Source: Macrostomum lignano (taxonomy: Eukaryota). From it: a DNA stretch of 17,710 nucleotides. Where the stretch lies: NCBI GenBank assembly GCA_002269645.1, contig NIVC01005247.1, positions 1 to 17,710 of the forward strand, written 5' to 3'. The translations under genes were made by a program, and so were the position numbers. The notes beneath the pieces were generated by a model that was not told the DNA's origin, did not search any database, and worked only from the letters and a program-made list of their open reading frames with translations. Shown here one piece after another: positions 8,466-17,710 of the stretch (position 1 is the first letter of the stretch; the number at the start of each line of letters is the position of its first letter).

Positions 8466-11400
8466 GCCGCTACCTCCTCGTGGTCAGAGCGGAGAGCCGC
8501 GCTTAACTGCTGCGGCGGCCAAATGCGGCAGGACCAAGCGAGGGCAGCGGAGCGCCCGTCGGCGTGTTGAGCGCCGGCGTGAGCGGAACCGACGAGGCCG
8601 GCTGCGTGGCGCCGCCCGTCGAGCTGCCGCGCGGGTCCACTCGGATCCTCCGGGTGGCGCCGGGGACCGTGAGGCTCAACTGCATCGAGCCCCAGCCGTA
8701 CCACAGGGCATGCTTCGGGTCGGGACGCTGAACTGCCGCACTCTCAAGGCTGCTTGGCGTAGAGGGGTGCTGGCGAAGCTGGCGTACGACCTGAGCTGCG
8801 ACATCATCTCGCTGCAGGAGGTGTCTATCAAGGCCGACCCGGGACTTCATTGTGAGGACTTGGGCGCCGGGTGGACCCTCTACTATACTTCTGCGGACCA
8901 GCGAGGCCGTGGAGGAGTTGGAGCGCTGATCGGGCCGAGGCTGCAGCAGAGCTGTCGCTGCATCTCCCTGTCCCCCGGTTGCTTCGGATCGACGTCCGGC
9001 TACGCGGTCGGAATGCTCGCCTGTTCTGCGCGTACGCGCCCCCTGCCACACGCCCTGACGAGGCTCAAGAGTTTTTCGAGCAGCTCTCAGTGCAGGTAGA
9101 GGCGACGGCGCAGCGTGACACAGCGGTCGCCCTCGGAGACCTGAACGCAGTCCTGCGTAGGTCCGAGAGGTCGCTGTTCGTGACGCCACGCGGGAACAAC
9201 AACACCGAGGCACTAGAGGACTTCCTGGAGAGGCAGGACATGGTGTCGGCCAACACCCGCTTCCGCAAGCCACTGAGCGGTCTCGCAACCTTCGTGGGCT
9301 GCAAGCGGAGGCGACGGAACGCGCGTGGCAGGAACGCAACCCGGAGACAAGCACAGCTCGACCACGTGCTCGTGCGTTTCCGTGAGCGTCGTCGCGCCGT
9401 CAACTGCCGCACCATCACGCCGCTGGCTCTGCGGTCCGATCACCGGCTCCTCATCTGCGACCTCAACCTTCGCGATCCGCTCTACCGTCCGCCGAAGCGG
9501 CCACCGCGGCGCTACTACCGCGCGCTCAGAGCCACCGATACGCAGCGTCGCTTTGCTAGCGCCTTTAACACCGCGCTGGGCGACAAGCGTGGAAGTGCCG
9601 AGTATGCGGAAGTGTGCGCTGCAATCAGAACCGCCGCGGAGCAAGCAGTCCCGATGATGCAGCCGGCTCAACGTGGGCAGCCGGTCTGGCAGGACGACCC
9701 CGCGATTCAGGCAGCGAGGGAAGATCTGGAGAAGCTCCGCTTGAGCAGGCGACCAACCCGCGAGGCAGAGGCAGCTCTGGCAGCTGTCTACCTGCAGCGC
9801 CAACAAGCGGCTGTCGATGACGCCATTCAGGCTGTCTCTGCCGCTGGGCCCGATGCCAGAGGGCGCGTGGCCTGGTCCGCCATCAACGCTCTGACGGGAC
9901 GAAAGCGGCGCAATCCGCTGAACCTGGCTGGTGACACGCCGGACGAGCGTAGGAACGAGCTGCGCGAGTTCTTCGCCGCCATCGTCAACGCGCCGCCACC
10001 CCCGCTGCCAGACAGTCTGACGCTGCCGCCGGAGACGCCGCTGCCGGCAGAGGAGAGTTTCAGCGTAGCCCCAGTCAACGCAGCCGACGTTGTCAAGCTC
10101 GCCCAGCAGTCACCGGGCGGGAAAGCGCTGGGTCCGGACGAGGTGCCCATCGAGGCGCTGCGCATCCCCTGTGTGGCCGCTGAGGTCGCCAGAGTGATGA
10201 ACCGCGTGCTCTTCGGTGAGGCGGCGCCCAACGAATGGACCACGGCGCACATCGTCGCTGTTCCAAAGAAGCCGGGCACCACTAGGCTTGAAGACCATCG
10301 AGGCATCTGCCTTCAGTCCTGTGCAGCGAAGCTGTTCAACCGGATGCTGCTTTCGCGGTTGCAGCCCGTGCTGGATCCGTACCTGCGCCCAGAGCAGAAC
10401 GGGTTCCGGCCCCATCGCGGCACAGTGGCGCAGATCCTGGCTCTTCGCCGAGTCATCGAGGAGGCGCGGATTCGTCAGTCGATACTGATTTTAATCTTTA
10501 TTGATTTCAAGAAGGCATTCGACTCGGTTGTCAGAGCCGTGCTTCCAATGGTGCTCCGCGCGTACAACGTGCCTGAGCAGCTGATCTCCGCCGTCATGGC
10601 GATGTACCGTGATACGACAGCTGCTGTGACAACACCGGACGGCCTATCGGACTCCTTTGAGACATCCTCCGGAGTGCTTCAGGGAGATACGCTGGCGCCG
10701 TTTCTGTTCGTCCTGGTGCTTGACTGGGTGCTGCGGACTGCTCTTCCTACCGACGACGACGGTTTTCTGCTGCAGCGACGCGTGGGTCGACGTCAACCGG
10801 AGAAGCGGCTCAGCGTGCTTGGCTACGCCGACGACCTCGCCCTGCTGTCCTCGACCGTCGAGGGCGCCCAACGGCAGCTGGACAGGCTGGTTGCCGTTGC
10901 GGCGAGTGTCGGCCTGGTGGTCAACACGCAGAAGACCGTTGTGCTCTGCGTGCCGGACGACATCGAGGCTGCAATATTTTGCCGAGGCGCTGACGGGCAG
11001 GCGACCGAACTCCCGCGATGTCAGCAGTTCGTCTACCTCGGCGGTCTGGTTCCAGACGCTCGCGAGGACCTGCGACGCCGCCGCGGGCTTGCCTGGGCTG
11101 CCTTTCGTTCTGTGAGGGCAGTCCTGCAGTCCGAGGCCCTACCGGACCGCCAGAGGGCGGCGCTGTTCCAGGCGGTAATCGAGACCGTCCTGCTGTACAA
11201 CGCCGAGACCTGGACGCTGACGGACTCACTCGAACAGCAAGTCGATGCGGCGCACGCTGGTCTGCTGCGCGCCGCCTTCAACATCGGCGTCGAGCGAGTC
11301 ACCAACGCGGCACTCTATCGCCGCGCTGGCCTGCCACGTCCAAGTGATCTACTGCGCCGTCGGCGACTCCAGCTCGCAGGCCATCTCATCCGCGCCGAGT

Positions 11401-11575
11401 CGTACTGCCACAGCCGGTGCAGGAGGTGCTGCTGCTCACGCTGCAGGCACCCTACCGGCGAGGTCAAGCGCGAACTCGGCGTTATGTCGACTGTCTGCTG
11501 GCTGACGCCGGCGCCCCGGACACTGCCGGTGGCGCGGCCTTTGTTCGCGCCCACGCCATGAAGCGCGCCCTGTGA
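8464..11575 (+). CDS. Retrotransposon APE endonuclease-reverse transcriptase polyprotein (1037 aa if two missing C bases are restored; frameshifts at 8972-8976 and 11408-11409)
   Basis: APE motifs: TLNCRTL, LQEV, CAYAP, GDLNA, LDHVL, SDH. RT motifs: HRGICL, EQNGFR, IDFKKAFDSV, GVLQGDTLAPFLF, YADDL, GLVVNTQKT, YLGG. Split across track ORFs 8464-9099 and 8871-11561; the corrected stop is TGA 11573-11575. Confidence 0.9.
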
Positions 11576-11605
11576 CGCTGACTTTTACCATCATGACAGC
11601 GTATT

Positions 11606-11620
11606 TTGTTGTTGTTGTTG
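11606..11620 (+). repeat. (TTG)5 3' tail of the retrotransposon
   Basis: TTG x5 directly before the right TSD. RTE elements typically end in short tandem repeats. Confidence 0.9.
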
Positions 11621-11626
11621 TCTGTC
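11621..11626 (+). repeat. Right target-site duplication TCTGTC
   Basis: Followed by GTTTGGAGCC, where the host unit resumes. Confidence 0.9.
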
Positions 11627-11842
11627 GTTTGGAGCCATTCGACACTCATCTAATACCCAAAAAGGAAATAATAAAAAAGACAATGAACGAACAGCTTCAA
11701 CGGAAATAATAACGCATACTTCCTTTCAATCGGTTTATTTTTCAGTTTTGAATCAACTGAATCGCAGGTTGTCAAAACGCACTCCTCCTATTCTAGGACA
11801 ATCGACGGTCATGCTTCCATCGTTACCTTAATTAAAACAGAT

Positions 11843-12028
11843 TTATCCGCCATATCCTTCGCAAGGTACAAAATCCCCTGCGCCAGCGCAACCCAAACCG
11901 CTATTACATAATTCAGGATAGCTGATGTAGCAGACTTCTTGCAAGCAGTAACAGCCTTGTCCATTGGCTGAATATGCTGCAAACGCAAGAAGCAACACCA
12001 GAAGAGAGAGGAAAGCTAGTCTCTGCAT
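11843..12028 (-). CDS. Secreted cysteine-rich peptide precursor, copy 4
   Basis: Translation identical to copy 1; not disrupted by the insertion. Confidence 0.8.
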   Translation of the reverse strand: MQRLAFLSLLVLLLAFAAYSANGQGCYCLQEVCYISYPELCNSGLGCAGAGDFVPCEGYGG

Positions 12029-13039
12029 TTGAACGGCGCTTGTTGCGATAAAAAAGGGACAAAACTTGCTGTCTCTTAGTGATTTCAATCAGCAATACTG
12101 CCAAATGCCCATGCAAGGCTATATAGAAAATCAGTCCGGATGCGATAAGCAGATTTATTATCGGAAAGCTCCTTATTTGGCATACACTGCATATACACAC
12201 GCACACGCCTAGTAGCGATTATTGGTCGGACACACAATCTGAAAGATTTTAGAAATTAGCGATGTTGAATGAACAGGAAAGGCGATAAAGGTAAACAGGC
12301 AGAGCACTACGGTAGGAGCACTAGCAGAATGCCGATTCCGAATGCAGAGTTGCGTTAAGAAATTTCCACTGACACTGGCAGGTGGAGTCTGGCTGATCAC
12401 CACTTTAGCATCGATAGCATACTATACGAGAGTATTTTAGGCACGGCGAGATAGGAAAACGAGTTGAAGATTGAAGATTTAAGATTGGAGATTGATTGAA
12501 GACGGAGCATCATTCACTTTGCTAGGGGTAAAATATCCAGCGCGACAGATAAAACATTTTTTATTATCGATAGGAGATGGGTACAGGCAAGGTGCAAGGT
12601 GAGAATATTGAACATTAATTAGCTAGCCCAGGGAGGTGACGGTAAAATGACTGACCGCAAGCTACGTAGTGTACAAGTGTACATAAAAAGCTGCTTTGAC
12701 TGGCCGACAAAACCATCAAGACAGCACTGCCTTGCAGCTTAATGAAAAGCGGTAGGCTGTGCGGCATTTTGCTTATTTTTAGGTTTGCATAATTAAGCTA
12801 AAGAGAGTAAATCCAGAAAAGAGATGCTAAGCTGTGGACAAGAATGACGCTTAGCACCTCTCCACAGACAATCCCGTTTCTGGTTTATCCAGCCTGGGGC
12901 TGGTGCACATTTTCGGTTTGGGAGGCCGTAATTACGTGCTGGCTGCTGTCTGGTGCAGGTGCAATTGCGCGCGTGCACTATCCCTGGATGATAACGCTGA
13001 AGCCAAAGCTTTTTAAGCCCAGGCCGATAGCATACGGAT

Positions 13040-13327
13040 ATCGAGATGCTGTTAAGGAACGCCGAGACCTGGACGCTGACGGAATCGCTCGAACAGCAGG
13101 GTCGATGCGGCGCACGCTGGCCTGCTGCGCGCCGCCTTCAAGATCGGTTACGAGCGAGTCACCAATGCGGCACTCTATTGCTGCACCGGCCTGCTCCGTC
13201 CAAGCGAGCTGTTGTGCCGTCGGCGACTCCAGCTGGCAGGCCATATTTTATCCGAGCCGAGTCGTACTGCCCACAGCCGGTGCAGGAGGTGCTGCTGCTG
13301 ACGCTGCAAGCACCCTACCGGCGGGGG
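13040..13327 (+). pseudogene. Degenerate RTE fragment, copy 4
   Basis: Same as 2083-2370. Confidence 0.93.
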
Positions 13328-13771
13328 AAGCAGTGGATGACACCCTAAATTGTGCGCCTAGATTCTACAAACACTATGTTGACGACACTTTTGCCATTTT
13401 CAAAGCGAACTCGTATCATGAACGGTTTCTTACCGCTCTGAACTCCACTCATAAAAACATCCAGACTTAGCATACCGGAATCAATGTACATCAAGAATAA
13501 AAAAACAAGTCTCAATGTCCAGCTTATTCACAGTGGTGCGGGTCATTTGTTCAAGGTATTCTTAGTGTAGGCACGAAGCATTGTAGTGCGCCCGCCTGTT
13601 TAAAACTTCCATCCAATGTACCTTCATAATTGGACAATCTGCCCCCCCTTTGGACTGTACAGAAACGTTTTCTTATATAATTTGATGCATACGTGAAAAA
13701 TAAAATATATCTCAGACGCTGAACATGGCCGCTGACTAAACCAAACGCGTTGGCTGACTGATTTAATTAAA
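13328..13771 (+). mobile_element. Internally deleted Penelope-like element relic
   Basis: Same as 2371-2814. Confidence 0.72.
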
Positions 13772-14259
13772 GCAATCTATGTTGGTTTTGTTATTTATAT
13801 TTCTGTGCTTACTCAAGCGAGCTACTTTTTAGCTCAACAAAAGCTTCTGATGCATTCTGACCTCTACGTTATGTCGGATATACGTTCAACTCTAGTTGTT
13901 GCCTTGATAGGGTTGATTCTGGGCATCTCTGCACTTCGCACCGACAATGATATTGTCATTTTCGTTGGGATTAAAATAGCAACAATGCAATTAACCGGTT
14001 CTCTCTCTCTCTCTCTCGCTCTCTCTTGCTCTCTTTCTCTGTCGTTTGGAGCCATTCGACACTCATCTAATACCCAAAAAGGAAATAATAAAAAAGACAA
14101 TGAACGAACAGCTTCAACGGAAATAATAACGCATACTTCCTTTCAATCGGTTTATTTTTCAGTTTTGAATCAACTGAATCGCAGGTTGTCAAAACGCACT
14201 CCTCCTATTCTAGGACAATCGACGGTCATGCTTCCATCGTTACCTTAATTAAAACAGAT

Positions 14260-14445
14260 TTATCCGCCATATCCTTCGCAAGGTACAAAATCCCCTGCGC
14301 CAGCGCAACCCAAACCGCTATTACATAATTCAGGATAGCTGATGTAGCAGACTTCTTGCAAGCAGTAACAGCCTTGTCCATTGGCTGAATATGCTGCAAA
14401 CGCAAGAAGCAACACCAGAAGAGAGAGGAAAGCTAGTCTCTGCAT
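14260..14445 (-). CDS. Secreted cysteine-rich peptide precursor, copy 5
   Basis: Translation identical to copy 1. Confidence 0.8.
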   Translation of the reverse strand: MQRLAFLSLLVLLLAFAAYSANGQGCYCLQEVCYISYPELCNSGLGCAGAGDFVPCEGYGG

Positions 14446-15455
14446 TTGAACGGCGCTTGTTGCGATAAAAAAGGGACAAAACTTGCTGTCTCTTAGTGAT
14501 TTCAATCAGCAATACTGCCAAATGCCCATGCAAGGCTATATAGAAAATCAGTCCGGATGCGATAAGCAGATTTATTATCGGAAAGCTCCTTATTTGGTAT
14601 ACACTGCATATACACACGCACACGCCTAGTAGCGATTATTGGTCGGACACACAATCTGAAAGATTTTAGAAATTAGCGATGTTGAATGAACAGGAAAGGC
14701 GATAAAGGTAAACAGGCAGAGCACTACGGTAGGAGCACTAGCAGAATGCCGATTCCGAATGCAGAGTTGCGTTAAGAAATTTCCACTGACACTGGCAGGT
14801 GGAGTCTGGCTGATCACCACTTTAGCATCGATAGCATACTATACGAGAGTATTTTAGGCACGGCGAGATAGGAAAACGAGTTGAAGATTGAAGATTTAAG
14901 ATTGGAGATTGATTGAAGACGGAGCATCATTGACTTTGCTAGGGGTAAAATATCCAGCGCGACAGATAAAACATTTTTTATTATCGATAGGAGATGGGTA
15001 CAGGCAAGGTGCAAGGTGAGAATATTGAACATTAATTAGCTAGCCCAGGGGGTGACGGTAAAATGACTGACCGCAAGCTACGTAGTGTACAAGTGTACAT
15101 AAAAAGCTGCTTTGACTGGCCGACAAAACCATCAAGACAGCACTGCCTTGCAGCTTAATGAAAAGCGGTAGGCTGTGCGGCATTTTGCTTATTTTTAGGT
15201 TTGCATAATTAAGCTAAAGAGAGTAAATCCAGAAAAGAGATGCTAAGCTGTGGACAAGAATGACGCTTAGCACCTCTCCACAGACAATCCCGTTTCTGGT
15301 TTATCCAGCCTGGGGCTGGTGCACATTTTCGGTTTGGGAGGCCGTAATTACGTGCTGGCTGCTGTCTGGTGCAGGTGCAATTGCGCGCGTGCACTATCCC
15401 TGGATGATAACGCTGAAGCCAAAGCTTTTTAAGCCCAGGCCGATAGCATACGGAT

Positions 15456-15742
15456 ATCGAGATGCTGTTAAGGAACGCCGAGACCTGGACGCTGACGGAA
15501 TCGCTCGAACAGCAGGGTCGATGCGGCGCACGCTGGCCTGCTGCGCGCCGCCTTCAAGATCGGTTACGAGCGAGTCACCAATGCGGCACTCTATTGCTGC
15601 ACCGGCCTGCTCCGTCCAAGCGAGCTGTTGTGCCGTCGGCGACTCCAGCTGGCAGGCCATATTTTATCCGAGCCGAGTCGTACTGCCCACAGCCGGTGCA
15701 GGAGGTGCTGCTGCTGACGCTGCAAGCACCCTACCGGCGGGG
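15456..15742 (+). pseudogene. Degenerate RTE fragment, copy 5
   Basis: Same as 2083-2370; terminal run is G4. Confidence 0.93.
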
Positions 15743-16185
15743 AAGCAGTGGATGACACCCTAAATTGTGCGCCTAGATTCTACAAACACTATGTTGACGA
15801 CACTTTTGCCATTTTCAAAGCGAACTCGTATCATGAACGGTTTCTTACCGCTCTGAACTCCACTCATAAAAACATCCAGACTTAGCATACCGGAATCAAT
15901 GTACATCAAGAATAAAAAAACAAGTCTCAATGTCCAGCTTATTCACAGTGGTGCGGGTCATTTGTTCAAGGTATTCTTAGTGTAGGCACGAAGCATTGTA
16001 GTGCGCCCGCCTGTTTAAAACTTCCATCCAATGTACCTTCATAATTGGACAATCTGCCCCCCTTTGGACTGTACAGAAACGTTTTCTTATATAATTTGAT
16101 GCATACGTGAAAAATAAAATATATCTCAGACGCTGAACATGGCCGCTGACTAAACCAAACGCGTTGGCTGACTGATTTAATTAAA
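15743..16185 (+). mobile_element. Internally deleted Penelope-like element relic
   Basis: Same as 2371-2814 except a C6 run. Confidence 0.72.
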
Positions 16186-16671
16186 GCAATCTATGTTGGT
16201 TTTGTTATTTATATTTCTGTGCTTACTCAAGCGAGCTACTTTTTAGCTCAACAAAAGCTTCTGATGCATTCTGACCTCTACGTTATGTCGGATATACGTT
16301 CAACTCTAGTTGTTGCCTTGATAGGGTTGATTCTGGGCATCTCTGCACTTCGCACCGACAATGATATTGTCATTTTCGTTGGGATTAAAATAGCAACAAT
16401 GCAATTAACCGGTTCTCTCTCTCTCTCTCGCTCTCTCTTGCTCTCTTTCTCTGTCGTTTGGAGCCATTCGACACTCATCTAATACCCAAAAAGGAAATAA
16501 TAAAAAAGACAATGAACGAACAGCTTCAACGGAAATAATAACGCATACTTCCTTTCAATCGGTTTATTTTTCAGTTTTGAATCAACTGAATCGCAGGTTG
16601 TCAAAACGCACTCCTCCTATTCTAGGACAATCGACGGTCATGCTTCCATCGTTACCTTAATTAAAACAGAT

Positions 16672-16857
16672 TTATCCGCCATATCCTTCGCAAGGTACAA
16701 AATCCCCTGCGCCAGCGCAACCCAAACCGCTATTACATAATTCAGGATAGCTGATGTAGCAGACTTCTTGCAAGCAGTAACAGCCTTGTCCATTGGCTGA
16801 ATATGCTGCAAACGCAAGAAGCAACACCAGAAGAGAGAGGAAAGCTAGTCTCTGCAT
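16672..16857 (-). CDS. Secreted cysteine-rich peptide precursor, copy 6
   Basis: Translation identical to copy 1. Confidence 0.8.
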   Translation of the reverse strand: MQRLAFLSLLVLLLAFAAYSANGQGCYCLQEVCYISYPELCNSGLGCAGAGDFVPCEGYGG

Positions 16858-17710
16858 TTGAACGGCGCTTGTTGCGATAAAAAAGGGACAAAACTTGCTG
16901 TCTCTTAGTGATTTCAATCAGCAATACTGCCAAATGCCCATGCAAGGCTATATAGAAAATCAGTCCGGATGCGATAAGCAGATTTATTATCGGAAAGCTC
17001 CTTATTTGGTATACACTGCATATACACACGCACACGCCTAGTAGCGATTATTGGTCGGACACACAATCTGAAAGATTTTAGAAATTAGCGATGTTGAATG
17101 AACAGGAAAGGCGATAAAGGTAAACAGGCAGAGCACTACGGTAGGAGCACTAGCAGAATGCCGATTCCGAATGCAGAGTTGCGTTAAGAAATTTCCACTG
17201 ACACTGGCAGGTGGAGTCTGGCTGATCACCACTTTAGCATCGATAGCATACTATACGAGAGTATTTTAGGCACGGCGAGATAGGAAAACGAGTTGAAGAT
17301 TGAAGATTTAAGATTGGAGATTGATTGAAGACGGAGCATCATTGACTTTGCTAGGGGTAAAATATCCAGCGCGACAGATAAAACATTTTTTATTATCGAT
17401 AGGAGATGGGTACAGGCAAGGTGCAAGGTGAGAATATTGAACATTAATTAGCTAGCCCAGGGAGGTGACGGTAAAATGACTGACCGCAAGCTACGTAGTG
17501 TACAAGTGTACATAAAAAGCTGCTTTGACTGGCCGACAAAACCATCAAGACAGCACTGCCTTGCAGCTTAATGAAAAGCGGTAGGCTGTGCGGCATTTTG
17601 CTTATTTTAGGTTTGCATAATTAAGCTAAAAGAGAGTAAATCCAGAAAAGAGATGCTAAGCTGTGGACAAGAATGACGCTTAGCACCTCTCCACAGACAA
17701 TCCCGTTTCT

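Larger units (their letters stand above)
7908..11620 (+). mobile_element. Apparently full-length RTE-clade non-LTR retrotransposon (3713 bp)
   Basis: Absent from the other five units and flanked by a 6-bp TSD. APE then RT, no C-terminal CCHC knuckle, RTE-like C-terminal motifs (LLYNAETWTLT, RRRRLQLAGHLIR), very short 3' UTR ending in a short tandem repeat. Much more GC-rich than the host unit. Confidence 0.93.
1..17710. repeat. Tandem array of ~2.41-kb units (5 complete + 1 partial; unit 4 carries a 3.7-kb insertion)
   Basis: ACACTATGTTGACGAC recurs at 1, 2414, 4828, 7240, 13371 and 15786. Spacings are 2413, 2414, 2412, 6131 (2412 + 3719 insertion incl. TSD) and 2415. The same ORF set repeats in each unit. 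Confidence 0.99.

Noticed and set aside
8966-8980. Programmed -1 ribosomal frameshift creating two ORFs
   Set aside because: The break is inside the APE domain, there is no canonical X XXY YYZ slippery site, and a homopolymer error is the simpler explanation.
8435-11645. Many overlapping antisense and alternate-frame ORFs inside the retrotransposon (up to 283 aa)
   Set aside because: Expected shadow ORFs of GC-rich coding DNA, with low-complexity R/S/A/P composition and no domains.

Overview
This is eukaryotic (probably invertebrate animal) DNA. It is a head-to-tail tandem array of a ~2.41-kb unit: five complete units (1-2413, 2414-4827, 4828-7239, 7240-13370, 13371-15785) and one partial unit (15786-17710), differing almost only by homopolymer/microsatellite indels. 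Each unit carries an intronless minus-strand gene for a 61-aa secreted, anionic, six-cysteine peptide (6 copies, identical protein) with TATA-like and AATAAA signals. Each unit also carries a dead ~290-bp RTE retrotransposon fragment fused to an internally deleted Penelope-like element with a degenerate hammerhead-like motif, plus a set of crossing inverted repeats. Unit 4 is interrupted by a young, apparently full-length 3.7-kb RTE-clade non-LTR retrotransposon. It has APE endonuclease and RT domains, a 6-bp TSD, a (TTG)5 tail and two single-C frameshifts. Its 5' end is 32 perfect copies of a 17-mer running into a hairpin that overlaps the start codon. The best candidates for new biology are the amplified peptide gene and the retroelement's perfect 5' repeat array with its hairpin. 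All alignments and family assignments were made by eye.
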